NCBI GenBank assembly: GCA_043814095.1
Contig: JBDRKI010000036.1
Coordinates: 42,093-106,092 of the forward strand
Direction: 5' to 3'
Length of the DNA: 64,000 nucleotides
Source: Armatimonadota bacterium
GTDB taxonomy: Bacteria > Vulcanimicrobiota > JACPDS01 > JBDRKI01
Part shown: positions 29,230 through 38,107 of the stretch, in pieces
Layout: every line of letters begins with the position of its first letter
Position numbering within the stretch: the first letter of the stretch is position 1
The notes under the pieces: generated by a model
What the model was told of the DNA's origin: nothing
The model's input: the letters and a program-made list of their open reading frames with translations, nothing else
Database searches by the model: none
Made by a program: the position numbers and the translations under genes

Positions 29230-30231
29230 TTAAGGTCTTCCGCCCATTGCCAGAGCCATTAAGGCTTTCTGGATATGGAGCCTGTTCTCGGCCTCGTCAA
29301 ATACTATTGAATTGGGCCCGTCTATTACCGCGTCGGTTACCTCATTGCCTCTGTCTGCGGGCAGGCAGTGCATGTAATATGCGTTATCGGTAAGCTTCAT
29401 TCTTTTTTCATTGCATATCCAGTTTTTGTATTTGCCTGATATTGCCATTGATTTTTCTTTATCTGTTATTTTTTTATCCTGTAGGTACTGCAAACAGCCC
29501 CAGCTTTTCGGGTATACGACATGAGCCCCCTTAAAGCCCTTGTCCATGTCATTTACTATTTCAAATTTTGCTCCTGTCTCTTTTGCGTTTTCTTTTGCCT
29601 GTTTGATTATATCAGGGGGCAGGTAGAATTCCGGCGGGTGGGCCAGCGTTACATCCATCCCGAATCTCGGCATAAGAAGAACCAGGGAGTTGGGAACGCT
29701 CATGGGTTTTGTGTAGCTGGGAGCGTATGCCCATGATACTGTGATTTTTTTGCCCCTTAAATCATTCCCGAATTTTTCCCTTATGGTCATTAAATCCGCA
29801 AGTATCTGGCAGGGATGGTATATGTCGCACTGCATGTTGAAAATCGGGACATCCGAATGTTTTGCGATCTCTCTTATGTAGTTGTTACCTACACCCCAGA
29901 AGCAGTTTCTTACAGCTATGCCGTGTCCGTATCTGCTTAATACTTTTGCAGTATCAAGAGCCGTCTCTCCGTGGGATATCTGCATCTTGTCCGGCGTTAA
30001 GTCATGAGCATGTCCGCCTAACTGCGTCATACCCGCTTCAAATGAGTTTCTTGTTCTTGTAGACTGTTCAAAGAACATCATAAACAGAGTTTTGTCCTGG
30101 AGCAGCCTGTGGGGGATACTGAGCCCGAATTTCATTTTCAGGTCTTTAGCCACATCAAGTGCTGTTTCCAGCTCTTCTTTTGTCCATTCCTGGTTTGAGA
30201 TAAAGTGTTTTCCTCTTAATAGTGTCTGCAT
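29230..30231 (-). CDS. ygeW: carbamoyltransferase of the OTC/ATC superfamily, YgeW-like
   Basis: 333 aa. Carbamoyl-phosphate motif STRTR, HPCQ, and HCLPA. Blocks KKITVSWAYAPSYTKPMSVP, RFGMDVTLAHP and VYPKSW resemble, from memory, the knotted YgeW family rather than canonical OTC (there is no DxxxSMG). Confidence 0.6.
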   Translation of the reverse strand: MQTLLRGKHFISNQEWTKEELETALDVAKDLKMKFGLSIPHRLLQDKTLFMMFFEQSTRTRNSFEAGMTQLGGHAHDLTPDKMQISHGETALDTAKVLSRYGHGIAVRNCFWGVGNNYIREIAKHSDVPIFNMQCDIYHPCQILADLMTIREKFGNDLRGKKITVSWAYAPSYTKPMSVPNSLVLLMPRFGMDVTLAHPPEFYLPPDIIKQAKENAKETGAKFEIVNDMDKGFKGAHVVYPKSWGCLQYLQDKKITDKEKSMAISGKYKNWICNEKRMKLTDNAYYMHCLPADRGNEVTDAVIDGPNSIVFDEAENRLHIQKALMALAMGGRP

Positions 30232-30239
30232 ACAACCTC

Positions 30240-31442
30240 CTATATATTATTTGCTAAAATATTTGCAAATGCAGTATAAAATGCCGTTGCTTTTTTGATA
30301 TGGTCTACTGTTATCTGATCATCTGCGGTATGTGCGTATTCTTCCTTGCTGGGGCCGTAGCCTATTGTGGGGATATTCATTTTTCCCATGGAAGCCACGC
30401 CGTTTGTTGAGAATACCCATTTGCTGACTTTAGGTTTTGCTCCGAAGAGAGTTTCAGCGGTTTTAATACCTGCCTGCACGAGTTTATGGTCTTCAGGGAG
30501 CACCCATGTGGGATAATACTTTTCCTGGTCAATATGCTCGTCTGTATATGTGGGGGTATCATAATAAAGGACATCTACTTTAGCGTTTCCTTTACATATA
30601 TCTTCAAGTTCTTTTACCGAGCTTTCTTTGGTTTCGCCCACGGTAAGGCGTCTGTCTATGTATATTTTACATTCGTCTGGCACTGAATTTAATGAAGGCG
30701 TCTGGCATTCTATTTTTGATACTACTATGGTGCCTTTGCCGAGAAAATCGTCGTCTTTCAGGTTATCGTTTAATTTTTCTATCGCGGATATGATCGGTGC
30801 CATTTTATAAATTGCATTCTCACCTCTGTCAGGAGCGCTTCCGTGGCATGATTTACCTTTTGCGGTTACGCTCATCTCCATCCTGCCCCTGTGGCCCCTG
30901 TATATGCACAGATCAGTGCATTCACCGAGCACCACATAATCCGGCTTTGGTATTGAATTATTGAACATATAGAGCATTGACGCGCCGTCACAGTCTTCTT
31001 CCTGTACGGTGCCCACAACATAAATAGTGAAGTCATCAACAAGCCCCAGTTCTTTCATAATAGCGGCGCCGTAAATCTGGCAGGCTGTCGCGCCTTTGTT
31101 ATCCGATGTTCCTCTTCCGTAGATTATTTCATTTTCAACTTTACCCTGGAAGGGATCGTGTTTCCATGATTTTATGTCCCCTATATCAACCGTATCTATA
31201 TGGGAGTCAAAGGCTATCTTTGTTTTGCCGCTGCCTATCTGCCCTATAATATTACCGGCTTTATCTACCCATACCTTATCATAATTCAGTTTTTCCATTT
31301 CTTTTTTTATTTCTTGCACGACATCTTTTTCTTTAGTGCTGGTGCTGGGTATGGCAATAATCCTTCTTAAAAAATCTATGATGTTGTCTTTTTTTAATTC
31401 AACCGTTTTTAAGATTTGTTCCTGGTTAACTGTTTTAAGCAT
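30240..31442 (-). CDS. ygeY: YgeY-family M20 metallohydrolase
   Basis: 400 aa. FDSHIDTV, GRGTSDNKG, TVQEEDCDG, YRGHRGRMEM and CHGSAPDRGENAIYKM blocks match my recollection of E. coli YgeY closely. Confidence 0.75.
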   Translation of the reverse strand: MLKTVNQEQILKTVELKKDNIIDFLRRIIAIPSTSTKEKDVVQEIKKEMEKLNYDKVWVDKAGNIIGQIGSGKTKIAFDSHIDTVDIGDIKSWKHDPFQGKVENEIIYGRGTSDNKGATACQIYGAAIMKELGLVDDFTIYVVGTVQEEDCDGASMLYMFNNSIPKPDYVVLGECTDLCIYRGHRGRMEMSVTAKGKSCHGSAPDRGENAIYKMAPIISAIEKLNDNLKDDDFLGKGTIVVSKIECQTPSLNSVPDECKIYIDRRLTVGETKESSVKELEDICKGNAKVDVLYYDTPTYTDEHIDQEKYYPTWVLPEDHKLVQAGIKTAETLFGAKPKVSKWVFSTNGVASMGKMNIPTIGYGPSKEEYAHTADDQITVDHIKKATAFYTAFANILANNI

Positions 31443-31458
31443 GTATCCTCCTTGTTAA

Positions 31459-32190
31459 TCAAAAATTGTCTAAAATTTGCAGGCTTTTTGTATGTTCTTT
31501 CTGTTTTTCTTCTTTTTCTTTTTCATCATTAATGAAATTTTTATCTACGAAAGCCCTGATTTTTTTAGTGTCTTCTTCAGAAATTTCTGAAAATTCCATT
31601 CCTATTAAATAATTATCAAACTGGGTTTTCTTGGTCCATGCTATCCTGGTTTTAATATTTACAGGCGGATCATCAAAGCTTAAGAGAATCCTTAAATCAA
31701 TATTTGTGTCTTTGGGAATAGGATCATCATGCATAATTCTCATGCCTTTTCCGGATAAATTCTGAGTCAGGGCGTAAAACTTTTTCTTTTCTTCGCCTAT
31801 AGTCATCTCGATTGCCAGAACCTTATTTAAGCGGTATGATTTTCTTTTTCCTTCGGGGGAAAATCTGTCAGTAAAACGTTCTAGTTTTTCCCGCGTTTCA
31901 TTTGTAATGTTTGAAAATTCCATACCAGTTATATATACCCCGCCTAAAAGTTCTTTCTGCCATATCTTTTTTACCGTTAAATTAAGGGCTTCGTCTGCGC
32001 GGATTATTAATGAAAACTCTATATCACCGGGGAAGGAGAAATCACTGTGGACCTGCATGCCTGTCGCGGAGATATCTTCAATGTAGATAAAACAGTTTTT
32101 AACTTCTCCCTGCAGATGCAGTTCGCAGTTAAAGGTTTTATGCAGGGATATTTTTTTGCGTTCCGATTCTCTTCTTTCCTGGTTTGTCAT
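31459..32190 (-). CDS. tandem PilZ-domain protein (putative c-di-GMP receptor)
   Basis: 243 aa. Two RxxxR ... (D/N)xSxxG pairs: RRESERKK...EDISATGMQV and KRKSYRLNK...QNLSGKGMRI. Confidence 0.75.
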   Translation of the reverse strand: MTNQERRESERKKISLHKTFNCELHLQGEVKNCFIYIEDISATGMQVHSDFSFPGDIEFSLIIRADEALNLTVKKIWQKELLGGVYITGMEFSNITNETREKLERFTDRFSPEGKRKSYRLNKVLAIEMTIGEEKKKFYALTQNLSGKGMRIMHDDPIPKDTNIDLRILLSFDDPPVNIKTRIAWTKKTQFDNYLIGMEFSEISEEDTKKIRAFVDKNFINDEKEKEEKQKEHTKSLQILDNF

Positions 32191-32200
32191 AAATTCACCC

Positions 32201-33484
32201 CTATACTTTATTTAAATTTATAAGTCCTTCATATTCTCTTGTAATATCGCCGTATAAAGGAAACTTCGCGCATAAAGATTCTACGTCTTTTTTAACCCGA
32301 TTAATTACAGCTTCATCTTCGGGAGATTTTAAAACTTTTATGATAAGATGCGCTACTTCTTCCATCTGTTCTTTTTTCATTCCCCTTGTTGTAAGGGCAG
32401 GTGTGCCGAGCCGGATGCCTGATGTTACGAGTGGTGGATTAGGGTCAAATGGGATTGTGTTTTTATTTACCGTTATGCCTGCTTTATCTAAAGAAGTTTC
32501 CGCTATCTTCCCCGTTATATTCAAACTTGTAAGGTCAACAAGCATAAGGTGGTTGTCCGTGCCGCCCGATACTATTCTTAAACCTTCTTTTGTAAGAGCT
32601 TCTGCCAGAGCTTTGGCGTTTTCTAAAATCTCTTTCTGGTAGATTTTAAATTCTTCCGTCATGGCTTCTTTAAAAGCCACTGCTTTTGCGGCAATCACGT
32701 GCATTAAAGGGCCGCCCTGGAAGCCCGGGAAGAGGTTCCTGTTAAGATCTTTTTTATACTGTTCTTTTGAAAGGATAAGGCCTGATCTGGGGCCTCTTAA
32801 TGTTTTATGTGTGGTGGTTGTAACATAATCCGCGTAAGGTACCGGGCTGGGATGCAGGCCCGCAGCTACCAGTCCCGCTATATGCGCCATATCAACGACA
32901 AAACACGCGCCGACTTCATCGGCTATTTTCCTGAATTTTTCAAAATCTATAATTCTTGAATAAGCGCTTGCTCCCGCGAGCAGCATTTTAGGTTTACTCT
33001 CAAGGGCCAGTCTCCTTACCTCGTCATAATCTATTGTTTCAGTCTCTTTATTTACGCCGTAAGGTACTACCTTAAAATATTTGCCTGAGAAGTTTAAAGG
33101 ATGCCCGTGTGAAAGATGCCCCCCGCATGATAGATCCATGCCCATGAAGGTATCTCCTGGTTCTAATATAGAGAAAAACACCGCCATATTGGCCTGTGTG
33201 CCGGAATGGGGCTGTACATTGGCGTGTTCGGCGCCGAAGAGTTCTTTTGCTCTTTGTATGGCTAATCTTTCGGCAACATCAACATATTCGCATCCCCCGT
33301 AATATCTTCTGCCGGGATAGCCTTCCGCGTATTTATTTGTAAGTACGGAACCCTGCGCTTCCAGAACTGCTTCGGACACGAAATTTTCGGAAGCTATGAG
33401 TTCCAGTTTTGTTGCCTGGCGCTTTGTTTCATTATATACGGCTTCGGCTATCTCTGGATCTGTTTTAATCAAGTGTTTAAACAT
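32201..33484 (-). CDS. glyA: serine hydroxymethyltransferase
   Basis: The track ORF starts at 33523. ATG at 33484 ([12 protein letters not shown]..) is preceded by AGGAG. SHMT blocks LIASENF and [15 protein letters not shown] (PLP lysine). Confidence 0.93.
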   Translation of the reverse strand: MFKHLIKTDPEIAEAVYNETKRQATKLELIASENFVSEAVLEAQGSVLTNKYAEGYPGRRYYGGCEYVDVAERLAIQRAKELFGAEHANVQPHSGTQANMAVFFSILEPGDTFMGMDLSCGGHLSHGHPLNFSGKYFKVVPYGVNKETETIDYDEVRRLALESKPKMLLAGASAYSRIIDFEKFRKIADEVGACFVVDMAHIAGLVAAGLHPSPVPYADYVTTTTHKTLRGPRSGLILSKEQYKKDLNRNLFPGFQGGPLMHVIAAKAVAFKEAMTEEFKIYQKEILENAKALAEALTKEGLRIVSGGTDNHLMLVDLTSLNITGKIAETSLDKAGITVNKNTIPFDPNPPLVTSGIRLGTPALTTRGMKKEQMEEVAHLIIKVLKSPEDEAVINRVKKDVESLCAKFPLYGDITREYEGLINLNKV

Positions 33485-33587
33485 AATATACTCCTGGGTT
33501 TTTATTGTTTTAGTTTTTAGCATTATTTAACTTTAAAGTTTGTTTTAATTAATCAGGGCGGTTGTTTAAGCCGCCCCGGATACAATG

Positions 33588-36053
33588 TTATTTGTTTATC
33601 TTTTCAAGATACTCGTTAATCGCTTTATACTGTGAATCCGCGTCCAGGTGAGCTTCTTTGAAGATCTCGTCCGGTTCGCCGCTGCCGTAGGGGCCTATGC
33701 TCTCATTCTCATCGGCATCTTTACCGATCTGGCTCGGCGGTTTGTAGGAATAGAGAGAGTATCTTAAGCCGATCTCATCCACATAAGGCCTGATTGTACC
33801 TTCTGTGAATTCGGTTATTGCTATTGAGGCTCTTCTTGTTCTTTCTTTGTCGGTATAAGGGAGTACTTTGTCCCTGTATTCTACAGTCTGCATCCTGAAG
33901 AGTTCATGACTTGTTATTACAACTATAGATACATTCCATTTCTTATCTATCTTTTCAAGCACTTCTTCAATGAATATTTTCGCAACCCCCGCTCCCTGGA
34001 GCACGATTGTGCCGTCAACCTTTTTACTTGTGTCTGCAGGTCTTAATATATAGCCGCCTTTTGCAGCTTCTACTGCATCAGCAAATCCTAGTTTTTTCCT
34101 GTCAAAGACGATCCCGTCCGGTCTTGCTATAAACGGCACTATGGCAACAGGTCTTGCCATGTAAGATGCCACCATAAGAGGGAATATTTCATTTGGATCT
34201 ATAGGCAGTATGGTTATTAAGCTTCTGTAAGGGAAGTTCTCTCTCCATACGCTTAATGCCTGGGGATCAGCGTGTGTTCTTACCCCGTCAGGGCCTGTCC
34301 ATAAAGAGGCGTGGAATGCGCCTATCTGAACGGGAGCTCTCAGGTCTCTTTCATGCGAGCCCCACGGTCCGTCCGCTACTTTAACATGGGTATGAGCAAG
34401 AGACTGGAAAGCACCGTATGAAGTCGTGACGCCGGTATATCTACCGGAAGCGCCTAAGCCCAGCATAAGCCCGGCGTTTGCGTCTTCCGTTATACCGCCT
34501 CCGTGAAGTATTCTTGATGACCTGTTGTTTTCTCCGTAATAATAATCTTCTTTATTATCTCCGCCGAAGGAATCTGTAATGCCCGGTAGTGTTGAGCTTA
34601 AAAGGTCAGCAGATACGACCCAGTAAGCGCCGTTTGTGAGTTTATTAATGTATGATGCGATATCAACATACTGTTTTCTGTAAGATCCTTTGCCCGGTTC
34701 CATAATAAGTTCCGCGGGAGGTTTTGAAGCATCAAGAGGTTTTTCAGCCGTAAACTTTACAAGCGGGGTTATATCAGCTGTAGTCATTTTTCTGTTTTTT
34801 GGGACTCTCTCTTTTGCCTGCATGACTCTCTTTACGATAAAGTCGGTAAGCTTGGGTTTGTTTTTAAGTACTTCTGATACGGCATTAAGACTCTTCATGA
34901 AGTATTCTTCTATTACATCCTGGTCCCGGCTCTCGGGCATGCGCGGGAGAGAGGTGCTAAAGCGTTTCTCAAATTCTTCCTGTGACGCGAAATATTCTTT
35001 ACTGTCGGTTTTATGTCCCGCTCCGTGATATTTTCTTCCAACTATACAGCACATGGGGTCATAACCCTTGCTCTTTGTTGTATGGAATACGCCCACGGCG
35101 AAACGGCTGCTTTTCTTCATTATATCATTTATAATGCCGAGCCCTGCGGTTACCTGATGGAAGTTATGGCCGTCGTTTACGGTAATAACATTGGCGCCGT
35201 GTGTTGAGGCCAGTTCTTCCGGTGTCCATGAAGCCACTTTTCCTTCGGATATATTATTGAGGTCTTTTGAACAACCTACAACACAGTTTTCGTCTATATT
35301 CGCGTTGTTAAAATCACCGAGGAATGCAACATTGCCCAGTTTCATGTTATGAGCGCACTGGTAGGCTTCCTGGTATCTTCCGGGTGTTGAACCGCCGTCA
35401 GCTCCTTCAAGTATATATACATACGGAGGATTATCTCCCATAAATGTTTCTCTTAAGCTTAACGCGAGCCCCAGCATCTGCGGTGCTCCGTAGCCGGATG
35501 CGCCCGAAGCCAGCCTTATAAACGGGGTCTCGGGGATAGGGTGGCCTTCAAGTCTTACCGGGTTATATTTATCCACTAACTTTGAAGAATAAGTTACGTT
35601 TCTTCTAAAGCCCAGCATATCCTTGAAAAGGATAACATCTTTAGGAAGGGCCTTGGGCTCTCTCATTTTAACGGCTTCAAACAAAAGGGTAAGTACCGCG
35701 TACATACCGTTTGCTTTATGTCCGGATGCAAGCCCTATAACATCATTATGTATATTATCCGGATCACTTATATCATATCTTAATGTGTCAAGCAAAAGCC
35801 CTATAAGCTGGGGGCCGGCCGATATTGCTCCGCCAGGGTGGCCGCTCTGGCGGTAATTGAACATGATCTTTATTATGGTATCATATAATACCCTTACGTC
35901 ATTGAATAAATCGTAGGTTTCTTCATCAAGATAAGGTGCCTGTTTTAATACTTCATCAGTTGATGTAAAGAATTGATTTTTTTTCTTGAAATCAATGCTT
36001 CCAAGGTAAGACGGTTTTAAGGGTTTGTTTGTGTCTGATAAGAGTTTTTCCAT
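33588..36053 (-). CDS. divergent, long transketolase-like thiamine-diphosphate enzyme
   Basis: 821 aa. TK-like SGHPGGAIS and ASGHKANGMYAVL. ThDP motif variant EGADGG...FNNANID. Longer than the roughly 660 aa I recall for canonical transketolase. Confidence 0.55.
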   Translation of the reverse strand: MEKLLSDTNKPLKPSYLGSIDFKKKNQFFTSTDEVLKQAPYLDEETYDLFNDVRVLYDTIIKIMFNYRQSGHPGGAISAGPQLIGLLLDTLRYDISDPDNIHNDVIGLASGHKANGMYAVLTLLFEAVKMREPKALPKDVILFKDMLGFRRNVTYSSKLVDKYNPVRLEGHPIPETPFIRLASGASGYGAPQMLGLALSLRETFMGDNPPYVYILEGADGGSTPGRYQEAYQCAHNMKLGNVAFLGDFNNANIDENCVVGCSKDLNNISEGKVASWTPEELASTHGANVITVNDGHNFHQVTAGLGIINDIMKKSSRFAVGVFHTTKSKGYDPMCCIVGRKYHGAGHKTDSKEYFASQEEFEKRFSTSLPRMPESRDQDVIEEYFMKSLNAVSEVLKNKPKLTDFIVKRVMQAKERVPKNRKMTTADITPLVKFTAEKPLDASKPPAELIMEPGKGSYRKQYVDIASYINKLTNGAYWVVSADLLSSTLPGITDSFGGDNKEDYYYGENNRSSRILHGGGITEDANAGLMLGLGASGRYTGVTTSYGAFQSLAHTHVKVADGPWGSHERDLRAPVQIGAFHASLWTGPDGVRTHADPQALSVWRENFPYRSLITILPIDPNEIFPLMVASYMARPVAIVPFIARPDGIVFDRKKLGFADAVEAAKGGYILRPADTSKKVDGTIVLQGAGVAKIFIEEVLEKIDKKWNVSIVVITSHELFRMQTVEYRDKVLPYTDKERTRRASIAITEFTEGTIRPYVDEIGLRYSLYSYKPPSQIGKDADENESIGPYGSGEPDEIFKEAHLDADSQYKAINEYLEKINK

Positions 36054-36180
36054 TTTTTTCTCCTTTTTTAAGTGTTTTATTGTATATTACGGGTTTGCCG
36101 CAATACATACAATATTAAGTTTATATTATATTAATCATAAAATCAAGAGTTCCTTCTTAAAAAAATAACCCTATAAAGTA

Positions 36181-36250
36181 TATTTTGTTAACATTTTTTT
36201 AACAATTTGGCAATATTTTGTTAATATTTCTATGTTAATATTATAATAAC
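36181..36250 (+). promoter_or_regulatory. TGTTAACA-array element, copy c
   Basis: TGTTAACA at 36186, TTTTAACA at 36197, TGGCAATA at 36208, TGTTAATA at 36219 (exact 11-bp phasing), TATGTTAATA at 36231. TTGGCA-N18-TATGTT is a possible -35/-10 pair. ATG at 36301. Confidence 0.6.
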
Positions 36251-36300
36251 AGATAATACTATCTAAAAATAACCAAAAACATATAGATACAGGATGGGAA

Positions 36301-36927
36301 ATGAATACTATAAATCCGGTGAATTTCGGTAATTTTATTAAAGATTTATTACAAGATACTAAGGATTCAAAAAATCCGGTGGAAGAAGCGGGAAGATCCG
36401 GGGTTGAGCGTGTTGAGAGTCAGAATCTTCGTGATATTTTATTTGAAGCAGTATGGCTTAAAGACAGGGCAGGCCTGGAAGGTAAAGATAAATACGGTTT
36501 TTCCTGCAAGACTGAAAAAACAACCTTGTCCGGGAAAGAATATGATATATATACAATAGTGAAAACCAAAACTATAGGAAAAGAGATTTTTAAACAAAAA
36601 ATCTCTTACCATATTAAAACTGGTTTTTTAAAAGCAGAATTTTTCAGGAAAACTTTTGAAGAATACTGCATAAAGAACGGAAAAACGATACCCTTATGCG
36701 GTTATGAGATATACCAGCGCGGAACAGCCCAGACAGAGAATTTTATGGCCGAGGAAGGCGAGGAACCATTTGTGGATTTTAAGATACAGAGGAAAGAATC
36801 AAAAGAAAACCTTGTATACAGAACGATATATTTCAGGGACGGTGAATTCTGTGAAAAGTTCAGGGAAAAATTTTATAAACAAACCCGGTTATCCCCCGGA
36901 GGGCTACCACCCGGAGGTCGTAAATGA
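36301..36927 (+). CDS. hypothetical protein (ORFan 1 of operon)
   Basis: 208 aa with no recognisable motif. ATGA stop/start overlap with the next gene. Confidence 0.65.
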   Translation: MNTINPVNFGNFIKDLLQDTKDSKNPVEEAGRSGVERVESQNLRDILFEAVWLKDRAGLEGKDKYGFSCKTEKTTLSGKEYDIYTIVKTKTIGKEIFKQKISYHIKTGFLKAEFFRKTFEEYCIKNGKTIPLCGYEIYQRGTAQTENFMAEEGEEPFVDFKIQRKESKENLVYRTIYFRDGEFCEKFREKFYKQTRLSPGGLPPGGRK

Positions 36928-38075
36928 ACGGCTTTAGTTCAACAGAAAAGCAGGGAAGCTTTATAGAAGTGGCCGGCAGAACGCTTAGTATTATAAAGAA
37001 CGGCCAGAGAATAAATAAAGATCTTCTTTTTGAAGCTTCTTCCGTTTGCGGTTACGGCAAAAACGGCAATATGGTCGTAAAGACCGATGAAGGCGTAAAA
37101 ATTATAAATGTTCTTGATTCGGGAGTTATTCATCTTTTAACCGATTTCAGTAAAAACAGTTTAAGGGAAGAGAACGCTTTTCTGGGAGACATAAAGATAG
37201 ACGATAAGGGAAAACTTCTCTGCATAGAAAGAATGAATTACAGGTATAAACTTATAGATATGGTTCTAAACTTGCTGAAAATCCGCAAAGCGGTTCCCCA
37301 TATTGAAGACCGCCAGTTCATATTCTATAACTTAGAAGAAAGAACAAGGCGTCTGGTATATGTTCATTCCATGTATAAACGGGGAAAGAACCGCGTAAGG
37401 TGGGCCATATCTCCTAATTTCAAATACCTTGTGATTATAGAGAAAGAATACAAAAATCAAAAAGAATCCGTGTATATTGTAAATATAGCTATAAACAGGG
37501 TGCTTGCCAGAATAGATGTTGCCGATACAAGCGCAGAGAATGTAATGGTGAATAATTTCGGTTTCTGCCTGTTTGAGATTAAAAAGAGAAGCAGAAAATG
37601 GGAGTATGTTATCCTTACAAGCAACGGTAAAGTTATAAGATTTGAAAAAGATACTTCAACCAAACTTATGCATTTCGGGAACAAAATTATAGTATTTAAA
37701 AAGCCCAAAGAATCTCAGCTTATCATAAAAGACTTAAACGAGAAAACCATAGGAGAGTTTGATTTAAAACCGCTTAAGAAACTGGACTTTAATTACGAGC
37801 TCTTTTTTAATGAAAATGATGATATAGAAGTTGTTCTTTCCCAGAACGGGAAAGTTAAAGTCCTGCACTGCAGCCTGGATACTTTCCATACTGACGTTAA
37901 AAGATGGCAGGTCCTGGCAGAAAAAATGGAAAAAGCAGAAGCGATAGAGAGAATAAGCAGCAGGAACGATATCTCCCCGCGCAGGGGGAGGAGCTTTATG
38001 AATTTCAGAGTTGATTCCCATGAAGCGCTAAGCCAGGCTTTATATAACTCCTTAACGGAGAAGATGGATAATTGA
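36924..38075 (+). CDS. hypothetical protein (ORFan 2), beta-rich, possibly propeller-like
   Basis: 383 aa with no signal peptide. Repeated beta-strand-like blades (e.g. ISPNFKYLVIIEK, compare the SPDGKYL motif of TolB/DPP-IV propellers). Helical C-terminus. GGAGGT RBS. Confidence 0.65.
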   Translation: MNGFSSTEKQGSFIEVAGRTLSIIKNGQRINKDLLFEASSVCGYGKNGNMVVKTDEGVKIINVLDSGVIHLLTDFSKNSLREENAFLGDIKIDDKGKLLCIERMNYRYKLIDMVLNLLKIRKAVPHIEDRQFIFYNLEERTRRLVYVHSMYKRGKNRVRWAISPNFKYLVIIEKEYKNQKESVYIVNIAINRVLARIDVADTSAENVMVNNFGFCLFEIKKRSRKWEYVILTSNGKVIRFEKDTSTKLMHFGNKIIVFKKPKESQLIIKDLNEKTIGEFDLKPLKKLDFNYELFFNENDDIEVVLSQNGKVKVLHCSLDTFHTDVKRWQVLAEKMEKAEAIERISSRNDISPRRGRSFMNFRVDSHEALSQALYNSLTEKMDN

Positions 38076-38107
38076 GTTGAAAAAAAAGATAAAAATTGGG
38101 GTTCATA

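Noticed and set aside
36704-36937. 77-aa ORF overlapping the 3' end of ORFan 1 in another frame, considered as a possible frameshift or overlapping gene.
   Set aside because: It is Arg-rich with out-of-frame-type composition and has no RBS. The ORFan1/ORFan2 junction is already explained by a clean ATGA overlap with a GGAGGT RBS.
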